Origin: an uncultured Acidobacteriota bacterium
Lineage (GTDB): Bacteria; Acidobacteriota; Thermoanaerobaculia; Multivoradales; JAGPDF01
Direction of reading: 5' to 3'
Length of the DNA stretch: 64,000 nucleotides
NCBI GenBank assembly: GCA_963700315.1
Contig: CAVOXC010000001.1
Coordinates: 141,809-205,808, forward strand
The notes below the pieces were generated by a model, which saw only the letters and a list, made by a program, of their open reading frames with translations, was not told the origin of the DNA and made no database searches. Position 1 is the first letter of the stretch, and every line of letters begins with the position of its first letter. This document shows, in pieces, positions 47,549-64,000 of the stretch. A program made the translations under genes and the position numbers.

Positions 47549-48178
47549 TCAGCCGCGCTTCGCCCGCTTCAGGGCGATGTAGGCATTGCGCGCGCCCGGC
47601 ACCGAGCCGCGCAGGTAGATCAGGTTCTTCTCTTCGTCGATCTTGACCACGAGGAGATTCTTGGTGGTGATCCGCTCGCCGCCGAGACGACCGGGATTCT
47701 TCATTCCCGGAAAGACTCGCGAGGGGTTCGAAGAGCTGCCGATCGAGCCCGGCGCGCGATGAAACATCGAGCCGTGCGAGGCGCGGCCGCCGCGAAAGTT
47801 GTGCCGCTTGATGACGCCCTGGAAACCCTTGCCCTTGCTCGTCCCGACCACATCGACCCACTCTCGCTCCTGGAAGATCGAGACCTTGACCTGATCGCCA
47901 GGCGACCAGCTCTCGCCGGGATCGGCCGAGAACTCGGCTAGGCGCCGCACGGGGCTCGATCCGGACTTCTTGAAGTGACCGAGTTGCGGCTTGGTGACCC
48001 TACGCGGCGGCTTGGCCTCGACCAGGCCCAGTTGTACAGCCTCGTAGCCGTCGCGGTCCATTGTGCGCAACGCGAGAACGACGCATGGCCCAGCCTCGAC
48101 CACGGTGACCGGGACGGTCGCGCCGTCGTCGGTGAAGATCTGGGTCATGCCCAGCTTGCGTCCCAAAATGCCTTGCAT
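47549..48178 (-). CDS. rplC: 50S ribosomal protein L3 (uL3)
   Basis: MQGILGRKLGMTQIFTDDG...GKGFQGVIKRHNFRGGRASHGS. Confidence 0.95.
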   Translation of the reverse strand: MQGILGRKLGMTQIFTDDGATVPVTVVEAGPCVVLALRTMDRDGYEAVQLGLVEAKPPRRVTKPQLGHFKKSGSSPVRRLAEFSADPGESWSPGDQVKVSIFQEREWVDVVGTSKGKGFQGVIKRHNFRGGRASHGSMFHRAPGSIGSSSNPSRVFPGMKNPGRLGGERITTKNLLVVKIDEEKNLIYLRGSVPGARNAYIALKRAKRG

Positions 48179-48188
48179 CTCCGGCTCC

Positions 48189-48506
48189 TTACTTGCCGAA
48201 GGCCTTGATCTCGACGTCGACCCCGGCCGGCAGCTCGAGTTTCATCAGCGCGTCGACGGTGTTGCTGGTCGGCTCGTAGATGTCGAGCAATCTCTTGTGA
48301 GTCCGCGTCTCGAACTGCTCGCGGGACTTCTTGTCGACATGCGGCGAGCGGTTGACGGTGTAGCGCACGATCTGCGTCGGCAAGGGAATCGGGCCGACCA
48401 CCCGCGCTCCGGTGCGGCGCGCGGTGTCGACGATCTCGTAGGTCGACGAATCCAGGATTCGGTAGTCGAAAGCCTTGAGACGAATGCGAATCTTCTCGTT
48501 CTGCAT
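48189..48506 (-). CDS. rpsJ: 30S ribosomal protein S10 (uS10)
   Basis: [17 protein letters not shown]...GPIPLPT...[14 protein letters not shown]. Confidence 0.95.
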   Translation of the reverse strand: MQNEKIRIRLKAFDYRILDSSTYEIVDTARRTGARVVGPIPLPTQIVRYTVNRSPHVDKKSREQFETRTHKRLLDIYEPTSNTVDALMKLELPAGVDVEIKAFGK

Positions 48507-48537
48507 GACCAGCTCCCCTGCCGCTGTCTCGGCGGCC

Positions 48538-49743
48538 TTACTCGATGACTTCGGTTACGGTGCCGGCGCCGATGGTGCGGCCGCCCTCGCGAATCGCGAA
48601 GCGTACGCCCTTCTCCATCGCGATCGGCGCAATCAGCACGATCTCCAGGTTCACGTTGTCGCCCGGCATCACCATCTCCGTGCCCGCAGGAAGCGTCGCC
48701 ACTCCCGTCACGTCCGTCGTCCGGAAGTAGAACTGCGGACGATAGCCGTTGAAAAACGGCGTGTGACGACCACCCTCCTCCTTGTTCAGCACGTAGACCT
48801 CGGCCTTGAACTTCGTGTGGGGCGTGATCGTGCCCGGCTTCGCCAGCACCTGGCCACGCTCCACGTCGTCTTTCTTCGTGCCACGCAACAGGACGCCGAT
48901 GTTGTCCCCGGCCTGCCCCTGATCCAGGAGCTTCCGGAACATCTCGACGCCCGTCACGATCGTCTTGATCGTCGGGCGAATCCCGACGATCTCGATCTCC
49001 TCGCCCACCTTCACGATCCCGCGCTCCACGCGGCCCGTCACCACCGTCCCGCGGCCAGAGATCGAGAAGATGTCCTCGATCGGCATCAGGAACGGCTTGT
49101 CCACGTCGCGCTGCGGAATCGGAATGTAGGCGTCCAGAGCGTCGTACAACTTCAGGATCGACTGCGTCCCCAACTCCGATTCCTCGCCCTGCAACACCTT
49201 CAGCGCCGCTCCACGAACCACCGGCGCGTCGTCGCCCGAAAAATCGTACTTGTCCAAAAGCTCACGCACTTCCAGCTCCACCAGGTCCAGAAGCTCCGGA
49301 TCGTCCACCATGTCGCACTTGTTCAGATACACCACGATGAACGGCACGCCCACTTGGCGAGCCAGCAATATGTGCTCCCGGGTCTGAGGCATCGGACCGT
49401 CCACCGCCGACACCACCAGGATCGCGCCATCCATCTGCGCCGCACCCGTGATCATGTTCTTGATGTAATCCGCGTGACCCGGACAGTCCACGTGAGCGTA
49501 GTGACGATTCCCCGTCGAATACTCCACGTGAGACGTCGCAATCGTCAGAATCTTCGTCGGGTCGCGACGACCCTGTGACTCAGAGGCCTTCGCCACCTCG
49601 TCGTAGCTCACGAACTTCGCCCAGCCCTTGTCCGCCGCCACCTTCGTCAAAGCAGCCGTCAACGTCGTCTTGCCATGATCCACGTGACCAATCGTCCCAA
49701 CGTTCACGTGCGGCTTCGAACGATCGAATTTCTCCTTGCCCAT
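48538..49743 (-). CDS. tuf: Translation elongation factor Tu
   Basis: [28 protein letters not shown]..., [12 protein letters not shown]. Confidence 0.97.
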   Translation of the reverse strand: MGKEKFDRSKPHVNVGTIGHVDHGKTTLTAALTKVAADKGWAKFVSYDEVAKASESQGRRDPTKILTIATSHVEYSTGNRHYAHVDCPGHADYIKNMITGAAQMDGAILVVSAVDGPMPQTREHILLARQVGVPFIVVYLNKCDMVDDPELLDLVELEVRELLDKYDFSGDDAPVVRGAALKVLQGEESELGTQSILKLYDALDAYIPIPQRDVDKPFLMPIEDIFSISGRGTVVTGRVERGIVKVGEEIEIVGIRPTIKTIVTGVEMFRKLLDQGQAGDNIGVLLRGTKKDDVERGQVLAKPGTITPHTKFKAEVYVLNKEEGGRHTPFFNGYRPQFYFRTTDVTGVATLPAGTEMVMPGDNVNLEIVLIAPIAMEKGVRFAIREGGRTIGAGTVTEVIE

Positions 49744-49782
49744 CTGTCTCTCCCCGATTCCCTCTTGCTACCTATCCGTGGA

Positions 49783-51858
49783 TCAGCCGGCCGCTTTCGC
49801 GATCACTTCCTCAGCGATTGTCTTCGGCGCCTGCTCGTATGCCGCGAACTGCATGGTGTAGCTGGCTCGGCCCTGCGACAGCGATCTCACGTCCGTGGCA
49901 TAGCCGAACATCTCGGACAACGGAACCTTGCACGTGATCACCTGTACGTGACCGCGCGGCTCCATGTGCTGGACGCGACCACGCCGCGAAGTCAGATCGC
50001 CGATCACCTCGCCCATGTACTCCTCGGGAGTCACCACTTCGACCGACATGATCGGCTCGAGCAAGACCGGCTTCGCCTTCTTGGACGCATCCTGAAAAGC
50101 CATCGATCCCGCGATCTTGAACGCGATCTCCGACGAGTCGACGTCGTGGGAGCTGCCGTCATAGAGGTCGACCTCGATGCCCGAGAGCGGGTACCCGGCG
50201 AGGGGCCCGTTCTCGAGAGCCTCGCGGATTCCCTGCTCGATCGGCTTGATGAACTCTCGAGGAATCGAACCACCGATGATCTCGTTGTTGAAGACGAACT
50301 CGGCTTCGGTGGTCGGCCGGAGCTTGATCTTGGCATGCCCGTACTGGCCACGCCCACCAGTCTGGCGGATGAATCGCCCTTCGCCCTCGGCCTCGACGGT
50401 GATCGTTTCCTTGTAGGCCACCTGGGGCTTGCCGACGTTGGCCTGCACATTGAATTCACGCGTCAGGCGGTCGACGATGATCTCGAGGTGGAGCTCGCCC
50501 ATTCCGGAGATCAGCGTCTGACCGGTATCCGGTTCGGTATGCACCTTGAAGGTCGGATCCTCTTGCATCAGCTTGGCCATCGCCTGGCCCAGCTTCTCTT
50601 GGTCGACTTTGGTCCTCGGCTCGATGGACACCGAAATGACGGGCTCCGGGAAGCTCATCGCCTCGAGGACGATGGGGTGCGCCGGGGCGCAGATCGTGTC
50701 TCCCGTGGCCACCGACTTCAGCCCAACCGCGGCGGCGATGTCGCCTGCGTAGACCGCTTGAATCTCTTCGCGCTTGTTGGCGTGCATCTTCAACAGTCGA
50801 CCAATCCGCTCCTTCCGATCCTTGCTCGTGTTGATCACGCTCGTGCCCGACTCGACGCTCCCTGAGTAGACGCGAAAAAACGCGAGCTGCCCCACGAACG
50901 GATCGGTCATGATCTTGAATACCAACCCCGAAAACGGCTCGGAGTCCTCGGCTTTGCGCTCCAGCGGCTGCTCCGTCCCCGGCTCGAGCCCTTGCACCGG
51001 CGGAACGTCACTGGGCGACGGAAGGTAGTCGATGACGGCATCAAGGAGCGGTTGAACTCCCTTGTTCTTGAACGCGGAGCCGCAGAGGATTGGGTGCACC
51101 CGGTTGGTAATCGTCGCCTGCCGCAGCGCGCCCTTCAACTCCACTTCCGAAATCTCTTCGCCAGAAAGGTACTTCTCGAGCAACCGGTCGTCGGTCTCAG
51201 CGACCGATTCCACGAGCTTTTCGCGCAGCTCCCGCGCACGCTCGAGGTACTCGGAAGGAACCTCCACCAGCTCGTAGTTGGCGCCCAGCGCTTCATCCTC
51301 GTATGCGACGCCCTTCATGCGCACAAGATCGATCACCCCGCGCAGAGCGTCTTCCTTGCCCCAGGGTATCTGGATCACGACCGGGCAGGCGTTGAGGCGC
51401 GAACGCATCATGGCGACACAGCGATCGAAGTCGGCACCGACCCGGTCCATCTTGTTCACGAAAGCGATGCGCGGCACTTTGTAGCGATCCGCCTGCCGCC
51501 AGACGGTCTCTGACTGCGGCTCGACGCCTGCCACCGCGTCGAACACCGCGACGGCACCATCGAGCACCCGCAAGGAGCGCTCGACCTCGACAGTGAAGTC
51601 TACGTGCCCGGGAGTGTCGATGATGTTGACCCGGTACTGATTCCAGGAACAGGTAGTGGCCGCAGCGGTAATCGTGATGCCGCGCTCCTGCTCCTGGACC
51701 ATCCAGTCCATCGTTGCGGTGCCATCATGGACCTCACCGAGCTTGTAGTTGACCCCCGTGTAAAAGAGGATCCGCTCGGTCGTCGTCGTCTTACCGGCAT
51801 CAATGTGCGCCATGATGCCGATATTACGAGTCATAGACAGCGGAACTTGTCTCGCCAT
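49783..51858 (-). CDS. fusA: Translation elongation factor G (housekeeping copy)
   Basis: [48 protein letters not shown]. 691 aa with an intact frame. Confidence 0.97.
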   Translation of the reverse strand: MARQVPLSMTRNIGIMAHIDAGKTTTTERILFYTGVNYKLGEVHDGTATMDWMVQEQERGITITAAATTCSWNQYRVNIIDTPGHVDFTVEVERSLRVLDGAVAVFDAVAGVEPQSETVWRQADRYKVPRIAFVNKMDRVGADFDRCVAMMRSRLNACPVVIQIPWGKEDALRGVIDLVRMKGVAYEDEALGANYELVEVPSEYLERARELREKLVESVAETDDRLLEKYLSGEEISEVELKGALRQATITNRVHPILCGSAFKNKGVQPLLDAVIDYLPSPSDVPPVQGLEPGTEQPLERKAEDSEPFSGLVFKIMTDPFVGQLAFFRVYSGSVESGTSVINTSKDRKERIGRLLKMHANKREEIQAVYAGDIAAAVGLKSVATGDTICAPAHPIVLEAMSFPEPVISVSIEPRTKVDQEKLGQAMAKLMQEDPTFKVHTEPDTGQTLISGMGELHLEIIVDRLTREFNVQANVGKPQVAYKETITVEAEGEGRFIRQTGGRGQYGHAKIKLRPTTEAEFVFNNEIIGGSIPREFIKPIEQGIREALENGPLAGYPLSGIEVDLYDGSSHDVDSSEIAFKIAGSMAFQDASKKAKPVLLEPIMSVEVVTPEEYMGEVIGDLTSRRGRVQHMEPRGHVQVITCKVPLSEMFGYATDVRSLSQGRASYTMQFAAYEQAPKTIAEEVIAKAAG

Positions 51859-51948
51859 AACTCCTGCGCCCCGAAGGTACGCCCTAACTAGTTACTCAAC
51901 GGCGGCATACGTGGCGCCAAGGGGTGACGCCGCGCCGCCCGAATTCAA

Positions 51949-52419
51949 CTACCAGCGATAGTGCGCGAAGGCCTTGTTGGCTTCAGCCATACGGTGGGTG
52001 TCCTCACGCTTCTTGACCGCTCCACCGCGGTTCTCGGCCGCGTCCAGCAGCTCTCCCGCCAGCTTCGCTCGCATCGTCTTCTCGCCGCGCTTGGCGGCGC
52101 TCTGAATCAGCCAGCGGATCGACAGGGCCAGACGGCGGCTCGGATTCACCTCGACCGGCACCTGATAGTTCGACCCGCCCACGCGGCGCGACTTGACCTC
52201 CACCGCGGGCTTGACGTTCTCGATTGCGCGCTTGAATACCTTGACCGGATCGTCGGATGTCCGCTCGCGGACCATCTCCAACGCATCGTAGAGGATCCGC
52301 TCGGCGACGGTCTTCTTGCCGCCCCGCATCACCACGTTCACGAACTTCGTGACCAACTGCGAGTTGTAGACCGGATCCGGCAGAATCTCGCGCTTGGGTA
52401 CCTCTCTTCGCCTCGGCAT
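51949..52419 (-). CDS. rpsG: 30S ribosomal protein S7 (uS7)
   Basis: [28 protein letters not shown]... Confidence 0.95.
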   Translation of the reverse strand: MPRRREVPKREILPDPVYNSQLVTKFVNVVMRGGKKTVAERILYDALEMVRERTSDDPVKVFKRAIENVKPAVEVKSRRVGGSNYQVPVEVNPSRRLALSIRWLIQSAAKRGEKTMRAKLAGELLDAAENRGGAVKKREDTHRMAEANKAFAHYRW

Positions 52420-52436
52420 CTCGTCCTACTTTCCCG

Positions 52437-52811
52437 TCAAGACTTGGGGCGCTTGGCGCCGTACTTCGAGCGCCCCTGGCGCCGATCTTGGACGCCGACC
52501 GCATCGAGGGTTCCGCGGACCACGTGATAACGAACTCCGGGCAGGTCCTTGACGCGGCCCCCGCGGATGAGGACGATCGAGTGCTCCTGCAGATTGTGGC
52601 CGACTCCGGGAATGTACGTGGTCACCTCGATCCCGTTCGTCAGTCGCACGCGAGCCACCTTGCGCAGCGCCGAGTTCGGCTTCTTCGGGGTCTGCGTGTA
52701 CACACGCACGCAAACTCCCCTACGCTGCGGCGCGTCGTGGAGCGCCGGGCTCTTCGTCTTCGAAAGCTGCCGCTGGCGCCCTTGTCGGACCAGCTGGTGA
52801 ATCGTCGGCAT
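52437..52811 (-). CDS. rpsL: 30S ribosomal protein S12 (uS12)
   Basis: [13 protein letters not shown]...[19 protein letters not shown]. Confidence 0.95.
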   Translation of the reverse strand: MPTIHQLVRQGRQRQLSKTKSPALHDAPQRRGVCVRVYTQTPKKPNSALRKVARVRLTNGIEVTTYIPGVGHNLQEHSIVLIRGGRVKDLPGVRYHVVRGTLDAVGVQDRRQGRSKYGAKRPKS

Positions 52812-52945
52812 TCCCTAGCCTCTCTCATCGTCTCGCGCGCACCCTTCGACACGCGCGAGCCCGGCGCGGATCTCATCCGCAGCCGGGGCGGCTTATCCCT
52901 GTTCTACTGCCCGTCTGGTCCTGGGGACGACAGCGCGGGAGACGT

Positions 52946-52975
52946 AGAGTACCCCGGGCGCCGAGGCACCGTCAA
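52946..52975 (-). promoter_or_regulatory. Candidate sigma70-type promoter for rpsL-rpsG-fusA-tuf
   Basis: The minus strand reads TTGACG (52970-52975), 18 nt, then TACTCT (52946-52951), within the 236-nt rpoC-rpsL spacer. Confidence 0.3.
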
Positions 52976-53047
52976 GCCCCGCGCGAGACTGCCATCCGGC
53001 TCGTTTCGGTCGGGACGCGCCGGCCAGGGCCCTCCCCTACCGGGCCC

Positions 53048-57229
<4,182 letters not shown>

Positions 57230-57266
57230 GTTAGTACCTCCCGGATAGCTTTCTTCTACGGACCAT

Positions 57267-61520
<4,254 letters not shown>

Positions 61521-61573
61521 GAGCTAGCCTTCTAGATCTCGAGGCCCGAGGACCCGTTGCGGAAACGGAAGCG

Positions 61574-61596
61574 GCGCGACCCCTCGGGGGCCGCGC
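61574..61596 (-). terminator. GC-rich hairpin in the rplL-rpoB spacer (possible attenuator or partial terminator)
   Basis: The minus strand reads GCGCGGCCCC-CGA-GGGGTCGCGC (10-bp stem with one G-U pair), followed by CGCTTCCGTTTCCG. It lies about 55 nt upstream of the rpoB ATG. Confidence 0.25.
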
Positions 61597-61740
61597 TCCG
61601 GCTGCGCCAATGAAGCGACACCAAACCCCAGCCACGCGGATTCCGCGCGACTGATGGCCTGGCGGCGCTGCGAGCGCCACGGGCGGCGCGCTTCCACGCG
61701 TAGCCTGCGGCACCGAGGAGGACGCACGAAGCGGCCTCCG

Positions 61741-62115
61741 TCACTTGATCGCGACCGCGGCTCCGACTTCCTCGAACTTCTTCTTGATCGCCTCGGCGTC
61801 GGCCTTGGAGACTCCCTCCTTGACCTTTTGCGGGGCGCTTTCGACGAGATCCTTGGCCTCCTTCAGGCCGAGGCTGGTGACCTCCCGCACGACCTTGATC
61901 ACGTTGATCTTGTTGGCGCCAGCACCCTCGAGCAGCACGTCGAACTCGGTCTGCTCCTCAGCGACGGGGGCCGCGGCGGCGGCAACCGCCATCGGCACGG
62001 CGGCGGCGGCGGCGGAAACGCCGTAGTGATCCTCGAGCGCCTTGACCAGGTCGTTCAACTCGAGGACCGACAACTCGTCGATCTGCTTGATGAAATCTTC
62101 GACAGCAATGGCCAT
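61741..62115 (-). CDS. rplL: 50S ribosomal protein L7/L12 (bL12)
   Basis: Ala-rich hinge, then [51 protein letters not shown]. Confidence 0.95.
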   Translation of the reverse strand: MAIAVEDFIKQIDELSVLELNDLVKALEDHYGVSAAAAAVPMAVAAAAAPVAEEQTEFDVLLEGAGANKINVIKVVREVTSLGLKEAKDLVESAPQKVKEGVSKADAEAIKKKFEEVGAAVAIK

Positions 62116-62161
62116 CTCTTCCTCCTTCGCTTTGGACGGCTAAGTCCGTGGTCCCAAGACT

Positions 62162-62698
62162 TTACGGTTGGTTCTGACTAGATTTCTTTTTCGCCACTTG
62201 GTCGAGAACGATCGCCAGGCGCTGCGGCCCCGAGGCCGCTAGGACCCGCACCAAGCGAGCGATCGGCGACTGCAACAGATAGAGGAGCTTGGTGATCAGT
62301 TGCTCGCGGCTCGGCATCTGCGCGATCTCGGCCACTTGATTCGCGGCCACCGGCCTGCCCTCGACCAGCCCGCCCTTGAACTCCAGGACTGGCGACTGTT
62401 TCGCGAAGTCCGTGAGCACCTTCGCGATGCCGACGGGATCTGCGCCGAAGGCGATCGCCGTGGGTCCCGAAAAGTGCTCGCGAATCTGTTCGAGCGGCTT
62501 CCCTGCGACCGCAAGGCGGGCCAGCGTGTTCTTGACCACGAGGTAGTGCCCGCCCGTGGCCCGAATGCGGCTGCGCAGTTCCGTGGCTTGCACCACCGAG
62601 ATGCCCTTGAATCCGACGACGAAGGCGTGGCTCGCGACAGCCAGATCGGTCTGGTATCCCTCGAGAAGCTCGTCCTTCTTTGCGCGACTCAATGCCAT
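62162..62698 (-). CDS. rplJ: 50S ribosomal protein L10 (uL10)
   Basis: MALSRAKKDELLEGYQTDL...FKGISVVQATELRSRIR... Confidence 0.95.
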   Translation of the reverse strand: MALSRAKKDELLEGYQTDLAVASHAFVVGFKGISVVQATELRSRIRATGGHYLVVKNTLARLAVAGKPLEQIREHFSGPTAIAFGADPVGIAKVLTDFAKQSPVLEFKGGLVEGRPVAANQVAEIAQMPSREQLITKLLYLLQSPIARLVRVLAASGPQRLAIVLDQVAKKKSSQNQP

Positions 62699-62708
62699 GG
62701 CTTCTCCC

Positions 62709-63407
62709 TCACGCCTCGGTGATCAAGGCCGATTCGTCGACCCTGACGCCCGGACCCATCGTCGAAGAAATGCTCACCGACTTGACGTAGCGGCCCTTGG
62801 CCGCCGACGGCCTCGCCTTCATCACGGCATGGACCAGAGCCTCGGCGTTCTCGAGGAGGCGGTCGGCGCCAAACGACCTCTTGCCGAAGGGCGCGTGGAC
62901 GATTCCGGTCTTGTCCACCCGAAACTCGACCTTGCCGGCCTTGATCTCCTGGACCGCTTTCGCGACGTCCGGCGTCACCGTTCCGGTCTTGGGGTTCGGC
63001 ATCAGGCCGCGAGGTCCCAGCACCTTGCCGAGCCGGCCGACCACCCGCATCATGTCGGGCGAAGCAACGACGGCCTCGAACTCGAGCCAGCCTTCGTCGA
63101 TCTTCTTCGCGAGCTCATCGCCCCCGACGTAATCGGCGCCAGCGTCCTCGGCTTCCTTGATCTTCTCGCCCTGCGCGAAGACGAGGACTCGCGCCCTTCG
63201 GCCCAAGCCGTGTGGCAGGACCACGGTGCCGCGCACCATCTGATCCGCGTGCTTGGGGTCGACGCCCAAGCGCATCGCGATCTCGACGGTTTCGTCGAAC
63301 TTTGCGTACGCGGTGTCCGCGACCACCTGGATCGCCTCGCGCAGGGGGTGGGCCTTCTCCTCGACCTTCTCCGCCGCGGCTCTGTATTTCTTGCCGTGCT
63401 TGCTCAT
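62709..63407 (-). CDS. rplA: 50S ribosomal protein L1 (uL1)
   Basis: [15 protein letters not shown]...[33 protein letters not shown]. Confidence 0.95.
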   Translation of the reverse strand: MSKHGKKYRAAAEKVEEKAHPLREAIQVVADTAYAKFDETVEIAMRLGVDPKHADQMVRGTVVLPHGLGRRARVLVFAQGEKIKEAEDAGADYVGGDELAKKIDEGWLEFEAVVASPDMMRVVGRLGKVLGPRGLMPNPKTGTVTPDVAKAVQEIKAGKVEFRVDKTGIVHAPFGKRSFGADRLLENAEALVHAVMKARPSAAKGRYVKSVSISSTMGPGVRVDESALITEA

Positions 63408-63487
63408 CTTCGTTCCTTTTCTGGTGCGAACGGCCTCGACCGCGGCCTCCCAGAATCCGCTGGGCGGGCTCTTCCGAGCCGCCCCTA

Positions 63488-63913
63488 TTAGCCCTGCACC
63501 TCGATGCCCATCGAGCGCGCGGTGCCCTCGACAGTTCTCACCGCGGCCTCGAGACTCGCGGCGTTCAGGTCGGGCATCTTCGTCTTCGCGATCTCTTCGA
63601 CCTGCTGCTTGGTCACCTTGCCGATCTTGGTGCGATTCGGCACGCCCGATCCCTTCGGGATACCAGCCGCCCGCAGCAGCAAGATCGCGGCTGGCGGCGT
63701 CTTGGTGATGAACGTGTAGCTACGGTCGGAGTAGACCGTGATCACCACCGGGATGATCAGTCCTTGCTGGCTCTGAGTCCGGGAGTTGAAGGCCTTGCAG
63801 AAGTCCATGATGTTGACTCCCGCCTGGCCGAGCGCCGGCCCCACCGGGGGCGCTGGCGTGGCCTGACCGGCCGGAATCTGCAACTTGATCTGTCCGACGA
63901 CTTTCTTCGCCAT
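63488..63913 (-). CDS. rplK: 50S ribosomal protein L11 (uL11)
   Basis: [34 protein letters not shown]. Confidence 0.95.
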   Translation of the reverse strand: MAKKVVGQIKLQIPAGQATPAPPVGPALGQAGVNIMDFCKAFNSRTQSQQGLIIPVVITVYSDRSYTFITKTPPAAILLLRAAGIPKGSGVPNRTKIGKVTKQQVEEIAKTKMPDLNAASLEAAVRTVEGTARSMGIEVQG

Positions 63914-63954
63914 GGCTCGAGACCTCTTCTAGCCCTGGGCCGCGCCAACGCGGC

Positions 63955-64000
63955 TCAGAGCTTCTGCACTCCCAGGAAATCCAACTCGACCGGCGTATGC
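63955..64000 (-). CDS. nusG: Transcription antitermination factor NusG, extreme 3' end only (continues beyond the window)
   Basis: My reverse-strand translation ends ...HTPVELDFLGVQKL with stop TGA at 63955-63957. The position upstream of rplK is canonical. Confidence 0.55.
   Translation of the reverse strand, partial: HTPVELDFLGVQKL

Noticed and set aside
61521-61546. Polylinker-like cluster of 6-bp palindromes directly upstream of the rpoB ATG: GCTAGC (61523-61528), TCTAGA (61531-61536), AGATCT (61534-61539), CTCGAG (38-43 of the same decade block)
   Set aside because: It looks striking against the GC-rich background and contains two CTAG tetranucleotides. However, it spans only about 21 nt, contains the SD-like AAGG, and flanks a native essential gene with no vector-like sequence around it. 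It is most simply a chance AT-richer translation-initiation region. It would be worth a glance only if other signs of engineering appeared.

Overview
Visibly GC-rich bacterial chromosomal window. The content fits Acidobacteriota best (a VWFA-related acidobacterial-type protein, several Ser/Thr kinases and ECF sigma factors); this is an inference, not a search result. The left half (1-33 kb) mixes housekeeping and regulatory genes. It holds fadD (5'-partial) and a FadB/FadJ-type beta-oxidation pair, and an ECF sigma factor translationally coupled to a Ser/Thr kinase, divergent from a secreted repeat/LamG protein. Next come a VWA protein and a tight minus-strand cluster (helical-repeat protein, RodZ-like HTH protein, second helical-repeat protein, J-domain/TPR protein, PP2C phosphatase). 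These are followed by a 696-aa GreA-family protein, an ECF sigma/anti-sigma pair, a LysM-amidase, gatCA, a CCA-adding-type nucleotidyltransferase, a PilT-like ATPase with a coiled-coil tail, and lexA. The half ends with two M16 peptidases, a second kinase, a frame-broken EF-G paralogue and efp. The right half (33.1-64 kb) is one uninterrupted minus-strand block: nusG (3' end), rplKAJL, rpoBC, rpsLG, fusA, tuf, and the S10, spc and alpha operons ending with rplQ. I saw no rRNA, tRNA, CRISPR array, transposase, integrase or phage gene, and no convincing defence or mobile system. The least explained items are the RodZ-like/helical-repeat/J-TPR/PP2C cluster, the giant Gre homologue, a Cys-rich insertion in RpoB, a candidate LexA operator on a possibly leaderless lexA promoter, and two genes with reading-frame irregularities. 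Many long ORFs in the track are antisense or out-of-frame artefacts of high GC content. CDS starts were trimmed using conserved N-termini and SD-like sequences and are less certain than stops.
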